IMG/VR virus record: IMGVR_UViG_3300042922_000770
Coordinates: 1 to 24,017 of that record
Source: a virus
Taxonomy: Duplodnaviria; Caudoviricetes
Reading direction: 5' to 3' (one strand)
Length of the DNA stretch: 24,017 nucleotides
This document shows positions 10,170-18,462 of this stretch, one piece after another. A program made the translations under genes and the position numbers. The first letter of the stretch is position 1, and each line of letters begins with the position of its first letter. A model generated the notes under the pieces. That model was not told the origin of the DNA and searched no databases. It was given only the letters and a program-made list of their open reading frames with translations.

Positions 10170-10607
10170 ATGCAGTTACAACGCCTTATTTTTCCGGACG
10201 TTCCGGTACAGATCCCCATTTACGGGGATCTCATTTCCGCAGGCTTCCCCAGTCCTGCGGCTGACTATATCGAGAGCGGCATCGATCTGGTGTCGCATCT
10301 TATTCCGCACCCGTCCTCAACCTACACGCTGCGCGTATCCGGCGATTCCATGATCGGCGCTGGCATCCTTGATGGCTCACTTCTTCTTGTCGATTTCAGC
10401 ATTCATCCCCAGCATAACGATATTGTCGTAGCCAACCTCGGAGGTGAGTTCACCGTCAAAAGACTGGTGACACACCCGGTGGCACAGCTGCTGGCAGAGA
10501 ACCCGGCCTACCCTGCGATCCCTATTTATGACGCCGACGAACTTGAAATCGTCGGCGTTGTCATTTCCGTCATCAGCACGATGCACCGCAATGTTCGCCC
10601 TCGTTGA
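10170..10607 (+). CDS. umuD: DNA polymerase V accessory subunit UmuD (S24 peptidase)
   Basis: AGFPSPAADY cleavage motif, VSGDSM catalytic Ser, EFTVKRL catalytic Lys; AAGGAGG RBS. Confidence 0.95.
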   Translation: MQLQRLIFPDVPVQIPIYGDLISAGFPSPAADYIESGIDLVSHLIPHPSSTYTLRVSGDSMIGAGILDGSLLLVDFSIHPQHNDIVVANLGGEFTVKRLVTHPVAQLLAENPAYPAIPIYDADELEIVGVVISVISTMHRNVRPR

Positions 10608-11859
10608 TATGAACTCGTTTTACGCGAGTTGCGAAACCGCATTCCGGCCCGATATTGCCGGGCGGCCCATAATCGTTTTAAGCAACAATGATGGCTGCGT
10701 TATCGCCCGATCAGCTGAGGCCAAAAAGCTCGGCATCAAGATGGGCACGCCGTGGTTCCAGTTGCGGGAGACGCCTTTCCAGCAGCCGCTGCTGGCCTTC
10801 TCCAGTAATTACGAGCTGTACGGTGATATGTCGCAGCGTGTGATGACCACGCTTGAGGAAATGTGCCCGCGCGTGGAAGTGTACTCAATCGACGAGGCCT
10901 TTTGTGACCTGACCGGCGTGCGCAATTGCCGTGATCTGGACGATTTCGGGCGGGAAATCCGCGACACGGTGTGGCGTAATACGCGACTGCGTTGCGGGGT
11001 GGGTATTGCGCAAACCAAGACTCTTGCAAAACTGGCAAACAGAGCTGCGAAAGAGTATCCGCAGACCGGGGGCGTGGTCGATTTATCGAACGTCGAGCGC
11101 CAGCGCCGTTTAATGGCGCTGATGCCGGTGGAGGAAGTGTGGGGCGTCGGCAGGCGCATTGCCAAAAAGCTGGCGGCCATGGGGATCACCACAGCGCTCC
11201 AGCTGGCGGACACGGATATTCGGTTTATCAGAAAACATTTCAATGTTGTGCTGGAGCGTACGGTGCGGGAGCTGCGCGGCGAGTCCTGTCTGGAGCTGGA
11301 AGAATTCGCGCCAGCGAAGCAGGAAATTGTCTGCAGCCGGTCGTTTGGCGAGCGCATCACCGACCATGAGGAAATGCGTCAGGCGATCTGCTCTTATGCT
11401 GCCCGGGCGGCGGAAAAGCTGCGCAGTGAACGCCAGTACTGCCGGTACATTTCGGTCTTTGTGAAAACGTCGCCCTTTGCGCTGAATGAGCCCTACTACG
11501 GCAATAACGTCGGCACGAAACTGCTTACCCCGACGCAGGACACCCGCGACATTATCGCGGCGGCCATGCGCTGTCTGGACGCGATATGGCGCGATGGCCA
11601 CCGTTATCAGAAAGCCGGGATCATGCTGGGCGACTTTTTCAGCCAGGGCGTTGCCCAGCTCAACCTGTTCGATGACAACGCCCCACGCGCCGACAGCGAC
11701 GCGCTGATGACGTTACTCGACAAACTCAACAAACAAGGGCGGGGCACGCTGTACTTCGCCGGGCAGGGCGTACAGCAGGCATGGCAGATGAAGCGGCAGA
11801 TGCTCTCGCCATGTTACACAACGCGCCTCTCAGACATTCCTGTAGCCAGGGCGAATTAG
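10591..11859 (+). CDS. umuC: Y-family DNA polymerase V subunit UmuC
   Basis: True start MFALVDMNSFYASCE at 10591 (422 aa); LSNNDGCVIARS, YSIDEAF, W.MKR..LSP.YTT motifs. Confidence 0.96.
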   Translation: MFALVDMNSFYASCETAFRPDIAGRPIIVLSNNDGCVIARSAEAKKLGIKMGTPWFQLRETPFQQPLLAFSSNYELYGDMSQRVMTTLEEMCPRVEVYSIDEAFCDLTGVRNCRDLDDFGREIRDTVWRNTRLRCGVGIAQTKTLAKLANRAAKEYPQTGGVVDLSNVERQRRLMALMPVEEVWGVGRRIAKKLAAMGITTALQLADTDIRFIRKHFNVVLERTVRELRGESCLELEEFAPAKQEIVCSRSFGERITDHEEMRQAICSYAARAAEKLRSERQYCRYISVFVKTSPFALNEPYYGNNVGTKLLTPTQDTRDIIAAAMRCLDAIWRDGHRYQKAGIMLGDFFSQGVAQLNLFDDNAPRADSDALMTLLDKLNKQGRGTLYFAGQGVQQAWQMKRQMLSPCYTTRLSDIPVARAN

Positions 11860-11871
11860 CAGGCGATGCAA

Positions 11872-11887
11872 CGGGACCATGGTCCCA
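11872..11887. promoter_or_regulatory. sopC: sopC-type centromere site 2
   Basis: CGGGACCATGGTCCCA, matches the GGGACC-NN-GGTCCC core. Confidence 0.85.
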
Positions 11888-11936
11888 ATTTTTGGGCGGG
11901 ATTCTGTGGCGGTTTCCCGCTGCGCCATTTGGCGAA

Positions 11937-11968
11937 ACCCTGCCGCAGGCAAGGCAGGGTATTTTTTT
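11937..11968 (+). terminator. Intrinsic terminator after umuC
   Basis: ACCCTGCC-N8-GGCAGGGT-A-T7. Confidence 0.7.
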
Positions 11969-11979
11969 GGTCATAAAAA

Positions 11980-13683
11980 CTATATAGCGAGGTCATTGAC
12001 CTTAACGACATAATAGTCTCTGGCTTCTGGAATCAGTCTGTCGACCTTAGCCCCAAATTTTCCAGAGCTGACTTCGTCATAGTCTTGCCCATCCACCTGA
12101 ATGCTTTCGATATTCAGAAGGTGCCAGTGATTTTCTTTATCTTGAATGGCTAGTTTATCTGATTTTGCAACGGTGAAATTTATTTCTTCAGGAATGATCA
12201 GGGAATAGACCGTATTTCCTTTGTAACAGTGATTAAAATTCAACTTATAAATGCTTTCTCTGAAGTTAATTAAACCTTCTTGTTTAAAAGCTTCACGTGC
12301 AGCGGATTTTGTTATAATGCCTGTTTCTATCATGTGATAAATATTAAAAAGTTCATAAGTAAATGTCATGCCTCGGTTAGCCATTTCCGCATCTTCTATT
12401 TGAGTCTCATTAAATGGGATATTTATCCTTTCCATGGGAGCCCTGTAACGTTGATGATTGACTACATAGACAGCCTTGTAGGTATTTCCCGGATTAGACC
12501 TTCTTCTACGCAATGCTATTTTTGAAATTTGGGCACATAGAGCATCTGTTGAGGTTCCTCCAATGCCTTTTACTTCAAGTAAGAAATGAATGCCGTCATA
12601 TTGAAAGTTGAGATCTTCTTCGAATATTTCACCTGCATCCACATCCACGTTTTCATCAGGATCAATGACATTGGTAAACCCAATATATTCAAGAAACCAT
12701 TTTACTGAGAGAACAAGATCATCCCCAGTTTCTTTAAGCATATTTCTTAGCTTAACATTTTTATCATCATTATGAATCATTTCATATTCATTGTTTAGTT
12801 GAGAAATAGTTAGTTCATGGCGCTTTATTTCTTCAGCAATTTCAATAGATTTATTTTTTTCTTCAAGGGAAATATATGAAAAATCTTTAGTCCATGAGAA
12901 GTTATCGTTATCTGGGAAAAGATCCTGAAATTCAGGGAGTTCAGGTAAAACCTTTTCAAATAACTCAGATATAAATGAATCTTTATCAGCTAAGTCTGGG
13001 AAAACCATTATAGTTTTGTTACCTATTTTCCTAATGATGGAAACAGGTTCATTAGAGCCATTTACAGCTAAAACGACATCGTTAGTATATATATTAAATG
13101 CAACATTATAATGTGATTCAGGTAGAAATTTTATCAAGCATTTCTTAATTTCCTGATTGTCATGGCTTTGGTTAATTGAAATTCTATTGCCTGTTCTTTT
13201 GACGATATTGAAATAAGAATGAGGAAGGTAAAGAGAGTCAGATGTCAATTGGTAACCATCAGAGCCCTCGACCTCTATATTATAGGTTTGTTTGTCATAA
13301 TAGCTAGCAAAAAAAATGATAAGTTGTTTTTTATTTGTACTAAATGAATTCTTAATTGCATATGAAACATCAAGCGGAAATAAGTAGGCGACAGATGGTA
13401 TATTCCTATAGTAGACAGAGCGCCCATTATATGTATTTGATACAAAACCTTCACGGGGCGATGTATCTATAATTATTATTTCCGCTTCATGGCAGTTTCG
13501 TGGAACCTCGTTATTATATGGTATCGACATGCCGCCCCTTGAGCTACTGTCGTACTCTTTATAGCCATTCATTTTATGAGCGGAAGAATTAAAGCCTTTA
13601 GATTTTAAAAGCGCATTCATTGCCTCATCAGTATTTAATAAATATATAAGAGGCTGGGAGTTATCAATCATCTTCACATCCAC
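11980..13683 (-). CDS. AT-rich hypothetical protein with restriction-endonuclease-like PD-(D/E)xK domain (candidate defence protein)
   Basis: 567-aa ORF, much more AT-rich than flanks; coiled coil followed by FLEYIGF...EEDL-x9-LLEVKG...Q motif. Start could be GTG 13683 or ATG 13671. Confidence 0.7.
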   Translation of the reverse strand: MDVKMIDNSQPLIYLLNTDEAMNALLKSKGFNSSAHKMNGYKEYDSSSRGGMSIPYNNEVPRNCHEAEIIIIDTSPREGFVSNTYNGRSVYYRNIPSVAYLFPLDVSYAIKNSFSTNKKQLIIFFASYYDKQTYNIEVEGSDGYQLTSDSLYLPHSYFNIVKRTGNRISINQSHDNQEIKKCLIKFLPESHYNVAFNIYTNDVVLAVNGSNEPVSIIRKIGNKTIMVFPDLADKDSFISELFEKVLPELPEFQDLFPDNDNFSWTKDFSYISLEEKNKSIEIAEEIKRHELTISQLNNEYEMIHNDDKNVKLRNMLKETGDDLVLSVKWFLEYIGFTNVIDPDENVDVDAGEIFEEDLNFQYDGIHFLLEVKGIGGTSTDALCAQISKIALRRRRSNPGNTYKAVYVVNHQRYRAPMERINIPFNETQIEDAEMANRGMTFTYELFNIYHMIETGIITKSAAREAFKQEGLINFRESIYKLNFNHCYKGNTVYSLIIPEEINFTVAKSDKLAIQDKENHWHLLNIESIQVDGQDYDEVSSGKFGAKVDRLIPEARDYYVVKVNDLAI

Positions 13684-13851
13684 CTTTAATTCGAAAGATA
13701 AAATTAATTGATATAATGATTATATTAAAAATGAGCACATAAAGAACATTGCATAGATTAACTGCTTTCATTCTATTGTAAAAATGTTCTATCGTTAAGC
13801 GATTAGTCACATCATCCAAAGAGAATTTAAACGTTACTGAAGCTGTCATAC

Positions 13852-13876
13852 AAAAACCGCCCGGGAGGGCGGCTTT
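13852..13876 (-). terminator. Intrinsic terminator of sopAB
   Basis: Minus strand reads AAAGCCGCCC-TCCC-GGGCGGTTTTTG, downstream of sopB. Confidence 0.7.
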
Positions 13877-13950
13877 CAAGGGCATACGTTCACAGGTTAT
13901 CAATCGACGCTACGGGTTTGAAATAATGCAGCCATCGAGCGGTTTTTTCC

Positions 13951-15129
13951 TTACAGGACATAGCGCCTTGTGATTTCAGCGGCGATCTTCTCTGCCCGGG
14001 CAGGTTCGTCAGCCTCCTGTTTTACCACGGTACGGGCAAACGGGATCATCGACTGCAGCTCGTTGGGTGAGATGCCATATTTGATGCCAGCAGCGGCTGT
14101 GCGGATGCAGGTCACAACGGCGTCCAGCTCGAGCATGGATTCGTCCACGACTTCATGCACGGCTTTTTGCTGTTTGGCCTGGTGCTGTTCCAGCATCTGC
14201 TCGATGCGTTTAACCAGTTCTGCCGGTACGTTGTTGAGCTGGAACGTCACGGCATCACCCTTATAGCGCGCCTTCATGCCGGTGCCGAACAGACGTTCAC
14301 GTGCGACGGGTTTAGCCGGTGCGCCGGTCACTTTGTGCAGTTGCTCCAGCAGATCATCAGTATCGAAAGATTCACCGCTGTTCTTGCGGCGCAGCAGCGA
14401 CTGCGCAAACGCGAACATGGCGTCTTCGTTGGCGGCATAGATTTTGGCCAGTGACTCGCCGGCGCGCGCGCTCAGCTCGTTCGGGTTGTTGAACAGGCTG
14501 ATGATTTCGAGCGGCAGTTTTGCAGTGTTCACGCAGCGCATAATGACCTTGCGCTCGATCCCCTCTGCCTCAGACAACTTGCTGACATTCCCGCCAAACT
14601 CAGTTTCCAGCCGGCGCGCGTAGCGCTTACCGCGTTCATACGCGCTGGTCGGGCGGTAGTCGTTGCCGATTTGCGACAGCCAGCGCATCTGCTCATCGTC
14701 CAGCTCGCCAACCAGTACCCGGTATTCGCTGCTGGTTACAATAGCCGTCTGCCGGCGACGGCTGCCGTCGGCCACTTCGATGATGCCATTCGTTTTACGG
14801 GCAAACGCCGGATTCTGCTGACCGTTCGCCAGAAACGAGGGGATCAGGTCATCGAGAGACGCCTGCGTCAGCAGCGCCTGGTCACGTTCGTTCCCTGACC
14901 ACACCATCGTCGCCTTCTTCACCATGTGCGCCGGCACGGTTTCCAGCACAAATTTCACGTCACGGCCACAAACCGGCAGCGTGATGGTGTTGCCGGTCAT
15001 GCCGTTCATGAGGCGATTTAAATCGCTGACCACGGGCGAGGTGAATTTTGGCATTCCCGGTGCCGATGATTTCGTTTCACCGGTATTTTTGGGGAGGGTC
15101 GGTGCATTTTTCATCGTGGTGCGTTTCAT
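13951..15129 (-). CDS. sopB: Plasmid partition protein SopB (ParB family)
   Basis: ITLPVCGRDVKF, VWSGNERDQ, IEVADGSRRR, GNDYRPTSAYERG and NELSAR motifs as in F SopB; overlaps the sopA stop. Confidence 0.95.
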   Translation of the reverse strand: MKRTTMKNAPTLPKNTGETKSSAPGMPKFTSPVVSDLNRLMNGMTGNTITLPVCGRDVKFVLETVPAHMVKKATMVWSGNERDQALLTQASLDDLIPSFLANGQQNPAFARKTNGIIEVADGSRRRQTAIVTSSEYRVLVGELDDEQMRWLSQIGNDYRPTSAYERGKRYARRLETEFGGNVSKLSEAEGIERKVIMRCVNTAKLPLEIISLFNNPNELSARAGESLAKIYAANEDAMFAFAQSLLRRKNSGESFDTDDLLEQLHKVTGAPAKPVARERLFGTGMKARYKGDAVTFQLNNVPAELVKRIEQMLEQHQAKQQKAVHEVVDESMLELDAVVTCIRTAAAGIKYGISPNELQSMIPFARTVVKQEADEPARAEKIAAEITRRYVL

Positions 15130-16304
15130 TTGGCCTCCTCCCAGCGCGGTTTAATCAGTTTGTCGAAAATCTCTTTGCACACCGGCTCCCAGATGGCCAG
15201 CGCGTTACGCCATGCGCTGGTGGATGAGCGCTGGGCGGTTGCCTGTTCAAAAATGGTACGCATGCGGATCTGGCCCTTGCCGACTTCATCCGTCACGCGC
15301 ACCACTTCACGCAGCACCAGGCTACCCCATGCATCGCGAATCTGTTCTTCCATCCATGGTGACTGGCTGCCGGTTGCGTTGGAATATTTGGTCAGCAGGA
15401 TACGCACGATGGGCTCGAATCCCTCCACACCGAGGTCGACGGTTGAAAGCATGTCGCGCAGCATGGTGAAGAACTGCAGCGTGGAGGTGTAGTCGTACAG
15501 CTCTGCCGGCGTCGGGACAACAATTACATCAGCGGCGCACACCACATTGATGGTGCCGATGCCGAGGTTTGGTGCGCTGTCGATGACGATCACGTCGTAG
15601 TTATCCCACACGCTCTCGATAGCGGCGCGCAGCATCATGTGCGGCGGCTGTGGCAGCTGGCCAGCGTGGTGCAACTGCATCAGTTCGGTTTCGATACGGT
15701 GCAGAGACAGGCAGGACGGGATGATTTCAAGATTTGGCCAGCATGTCGGTTTGATGGCGTATTCCGCGCTATCACGCTCACCCAGGTAGAACGGCAGGAG
15801 TGTGTCGTCTGCATGGATGTTCAGGTCCGGGACAAAACCGTGGTACATCGATGCGGTTGCCTGCGGATCGTTACCCTCAACGAGCAGCACGCGCTGTCCC
15901 TGGAGGGCCAGCCATTGCGCGAGGTGTACAGAACTGGAGGTTTTGTACGCGCCGCCCTTGTGCGCTGCGACGGCCAGCACGACCGGGTCAGAACCTTCCG
16001 GACGACGGCGAACCGTGCCGAACACTTCACGCATATAGTTGATCTGCTGAATGGTGTATCCGATGCGCTGCTCTACACGGCCACGACGCTCCATATCCGG
16101 CACCGGCAGACGCTGAGATTTTTCAGCATCGCGGATAGCCTGTGGCGTCACGCCAACCAGTTCAGCGGCTTCTGTGATACCCCAGCGGCGGGTAATCTGC
16201 CGCGCCTCCGGGCTGTCATCGCCGAACTGCGCAATAGCGATTGCCCGCGTCATGTCCTGCCCACGTTCGATACACTGATCCAACGTTTCAATAAGTTTCA
16301 TCAT
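15126..16304 (-). CDS. sopA: Plasmid partition ATPase SopA (ParA type Ia)
   Basis: AIAIAQF.DDSPEAR.ITRRW.I.EAA HTH, Walker A HKGGAYKT, EGNDPQ, IDSAPNLG, LIKPRWE C-terminus. Confidence 0.96.
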   Translation of the reverse strand: MMKLIETLDQCIERGQDMTRAIAIAQFGDDSPEARQITRRWGITEAAELVGVTPQAIRDAEKSQRLPVPDMERRGRVEQRIGYTIQQINYMREVFGTVRRRPEGSDPVVLAVAAHKGGAYKTSSSVHLAQWLALQGQRVLLVEGNDPQATASMYHGFVPDLNIHADDTLLPFYLGERDSAEYAIKPTCWPNLEIIPSCLSLHRIETELMQLHHAGQLPQPPHMMLRAAIESVWDNYDVIVIDSAPNLGIGTINVVCAADVIVVPTPAELYDYTSTLQFFTMLRDMLSTVDLGVEGFEPIVRILLTKYSNATGSQSPWMEEQIRDAWGSLVLREVVRVTDEVGKGQIRMRTIFEQATAQRSSTSAWRNALAIWEPVCKEIFDKLIKPRWEEAK

Positions 16305-16321
16305 CGCATTAGTTCCGTTAA

Positions 16322-16399
16322 CTTTGCCTGTAAAGATTCAATCATGGTATTTGACGCAAAGCAAGGTGAAATACGCAAACTTTCGAGTTAGACGCAAAG
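16322..16399 (-). promoter_or_regulatory. sopA promoter/operator region with CTTTGC boxes
   Basis: CTTTGC at 16322 and inverse copies GCAAAG/GCAAAC/GCAAAG at 16356, 16375, 16394 (19-bp period); CTTTGC hexamers are the SopA autorepression operator in F. Confidence 0.65.
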
Positions 16400-16460
16400 T
16401 TAAATAAAACTAGTAAAGTTAAAATGTCGGCTTTATGATCTGACCACATACAAAAATTTA

Positions 16461-16490
16461 TTGACGTGTCGTGTCGATGCGAGCTAACGT
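16461..16490 (+). promoter_or_regulatory. Putative sigma70 promoter of the icd/anti-immunity operon
   Basis: TTGACG-N18-TAACGT with an A/T-rich upstream tract, just 5' of the first antisense target box. Confidence 0.45.
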
Positions 16491-16552
16491 TATGTCGCTG
16501 CAGCAAAATCTGCAGCCGGGCGTAGGAACCCGGATGACTAAGTGACGCATAG

Positions 16553-16574
16553 ACACGCGTTGGCGTGTTTTTTT
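16553..16574 (+). terminator. Attenuator-like terminator in the icd leader
   Basis: ACACGC-GTTG-GCGTGT followed by a T-run, between the upstream target boxes and the C4-like RNA. Confidence 0.55.
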
Positions 16575-16603
16575 GTATGCGTAGCCTGCACACACCGAAA
16601 TTA

Positions 16604-16681
16604 TGGTGGCTCAGGCGGGGCAGCCTTCGGGCTGGCCGGTACTCACTTAGGCCGGTATTCCTACCCCCGTCTGGGCTACCA
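16604..16681 (+). ncRNA. C4/CI/CA-type antisense immunity RNA (P1 c4, P4 CI, N15 CA family)
   Basis: Closing stem TGGTGGCTCAGGCGGGG/CCCCGTCTGGGCTACCA, CAGCC-TTCG-GGCTG hairpin. Loops TCACTTAG (16643-50) and TTCCTAC (16658-64) are complementary to CTAAGTG(A) and GTAGGAA boxes upstream (16522, 16538) and downstream (16693, 16721). Confidence 0.88.
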
Positions 16682-16739
16682 CCCTACAGAGCGTAGGAAC
16701 TCTGGTGGTAGCGATGCTCACTAAGTGGAGTCACGCACC

Positions 16740-16913
16740 ATGTTCAAATTCAAGTTCGCGGCTATCTGCCGTACCGATCGCAAAAATCATATCCATATTT
16801 TCAGTGCCGTTGCTTATAGCGAGCGCGATGCCCGTCGCCAGCTTGCAGGCCGTGCGCGCAAATTTATCCTGTTCTTTCAGGCTCGCCTGCCAGTCGCAGG
16901 AGGTGCCGCGTGA
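16740..16913 (+). CDS. icd: Host cell division inhibitor Icd/Kil-like protein
   Basis: ATG 16740 after GGAG; 57 aa, F.FAA..R..., A.SER.ARR.L....L.F.ARLP pattern; position directly after a C4-type RNA. Confidence 0.8.
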   Translation: MFKFKFAAICRTDRKNHIHIFSAVAYSERDARRQLAGRARKFILFFQARLPVAGGAA

Positions 16914-17137
16914 ACCAGCTCAAACTGAACGAACACGGCCTGTCGGAATCACTGGAATCGGTACTGGCGCAGATTAACGCGCTGGCCAACGTCGCGCACT
17001 TCACTATCAGCAATGCCAGCGCCTCGATTTATCTGGAGGACGCCGCGCAGCTGCTTATCACAATCAAGAATCTGGCCGCTGAGGCCGAACAGTACCGGAA
17101 CGAGTGGGAAGATCTGATACCACGGTCGCGTCGCTGA
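16910..17137 (+). CDS. Small helical hypothetical protein in the icd operon
   Basis: GTGA overlap with the icd stop, AGGAGG RBS, 75 aa amphipathic helices. Confidence 0.75.
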   Translation: MNQLKLNEHGLSESLESVLAQINALANVAHFTISNASASIYLEDAAQLLITIKNLAAEAEQYRNEWEDLIPRSRR

Positions 17138-18318
17138 TGCTGTACGCCATCCGCGTCCGCCTGTATCCGAACGCCGCGCAGCGGGAGTTTTTTGCTAAGA
17201 CGTTTGGCTGCTGCCGGTGGGTTTATAACGACGCGCTGGCGTACTGCCAGCGCCAGTACGAGGCGGGTGCGCCACGCCCGTCTGCGTACGATCTGATGAA
17301 GCGACTAACGCAGTTGAAGGCTGAATACCCCTGGCTTGCCGATGCGGACAGCCAGGCGCTGAAACAGGCCTGCGCGGATCTGGATGGCGCGTATAAGCAT
17401 TTTTTCCGTCGTGTCAAAAATGGCGAGACGCCGGGCTTTCCCCGGTTTAAATCGAAGCACCGGGGCGATGCCACCTACAACGCCACGGCTGCCACCAGTA
17501 TTGCGCTTGAGCCCCGCCAGCTGAAATTGCCGAAAGCGGGATGGGTACGCTGCCGGGGTGGCAGGGAATGGGAAGGTAAAATCAAACGGGCGACGGTACG
17601 GCAGACGCCGACCGGAAAATACTATGCCACCGTGCTGATTGATGACGGGCGCGACCTGCCGGTGCAGCCAACAACGAACCTGACGCCACTGGGTATCGAT
17701 GTCGGCTGTAAAACCGAAGGGTTCACGCACCAGTTTGTGGCACTGTCGACCGGAGAAATCATCACTGCTCCGGCGGAATATAAACGGCAGATGAAGCGGC
17801 TGCGCCGGGCATCCCGCCGGCTGGCCAGAAAACAGAAGGGCAGCGCCAATCGGTTAAAACAAAAACGCCGCGTCGCGCAGCTGCACGAGCGAATCAGTGC
17901 AGTTCGCCGGGATTTCCTGCACAAACTGACTCACCGCCTGACCTGCGAGAACCAAGCGCTGGCGATTGAGGATTTGAATGTGAAGGGGATGATGGCTAAG
18001 CCGGCACCGAAGCCCGACCCGGAACGCCCGGGCACGTTTCTGCCGAACGGCGCGATTCGTAAGCGCGGGCTTTCCCGGTCGCTGGCCAGCGCCAGCCTGG
18101 GCGAGTTTTTCCGCCAGCTGGAATATAAAAGTGCCTGGCGGGGTGTGGCATTGCTGAAAGTCAGCCGCTGGGAGCCGTCCAGCAAGCGCTGCAGCGGCTG
18201 CGGTGAAATTAACGATGCACTGACACTGGCCGACCGCCGGTGGCAGTGTCCGGCGTGCGGGTCAGAACTGCACCGCGACATTAACGCCGCCATGAATATC
18301 GCCGCGCGAGCGGTGTAA
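17137..18318 (+). CDS. tnpB: RNA-guided endonuclease TnpB family protein, RuvC triad intact, no tnpA
   Basis: ATG 17137 in a TGATG overlap; 393 aa; RLYPN..Q....FG..RWVYN..L HTH, GFPRFKSK, RuvC-I LGIDVG, RuvC-II AIEDLNV, Zn finger CSGC/CPAC, RuvC-III HRDINAA. Confidence 0.95.
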   Translation: MLYAIRVRLYPNAAQREFFAKTFGCCRWVYNDALAYCQRQYEAGAPRPSAYDLMKRLTQLKAEYPWLADADSQALKQACADLDGAYKHFFRRVKNGETPGFPRFKSKHRGDATYNATAATSIALEPRQLKLPKAGWVRCRGGREWEGKIKRATVRQTPTGKYYATVLIDDGRDLPVQPTTNLTPLGIDVGCKTEGFTHQFVALSTGEIITAPAEYKRQMKRLRRASRRLARKQKGSANRLKQKRRVAQLHERISAVRRDFLHKLTHRLTCENQALAIEDLNVKGMMAKPAPKPDPERPGTFLPNGAIRKRGLSRSLASASLGEFFRQLEYKSAWRGVALLKVSRWEPSSKRCSGCGEINDALTLADRRWQCPACGSELHRDINAAMNIAARAV

Positions 18319-18326
18319 CGAAAAAA

Positions 18327-18425
18327 TAGGGCGCGGCCCGCCCGAATCTACGCCTCCGGACATGGCCAGTGCGCCGTGGTAGAAAGAGGAAATTCCCGTA
18401 AATATTTGGTGGGTTTTGACGCTGG
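18327..18425 (+). ncRNA. Putative TnpB omega-RNA scaffold (boundaries uncertain)
   Basis: Directly 3' of tnpB; hairpins GGGCG-CGGCC-CGCCC and CATGGC-CAGTGC-GCCGTG enclosed by CCTC/GAGG; layout resembles tnpB 3' RNAs as recalled, not computed. Confidence 0.6.
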
Positions 18426-18462
18426 CTATAACCAGCTGATTAACCAGCCGAATCCCGCAAGA

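Noticed and set aside
10528-10590. N-terminal extension of the umuC ORF; likewise TTG/GTG extensions of J (4001), the post-J gene (7816), the fibre (8824) and icd (16725)
   Set aside because: Downstream ATGs have RBS or stop-start overlaps and give family-typical N-termini.
96-16391. Numerous antisense or out-of-frame ORFs overlapping tail, umuC and sop genes
   Set aside because: Shadow ORFs of GC-rich coding sequence without recognisable motifs.
16542-16724. 60-aa Ash-like ORF over the C4 RNA
   Set aside because: Better explained by the structured antisense RNA and its target boxes; no convincing RBS.
17104-18318. Calling tnpB an ordinary IS200/IS605 element, or starting it at GTG 17104
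   Set aside because: No tnpA and no recognisable left end; the TGATG-coupled ATG at 17137 gives the typical TnpB N-terminus.
17137-18318. Nuclease-dead TldR-type repressor
   Set aside because: All three RuvC acidic residues (GIDVG, IEDL, RDINAA) are present.
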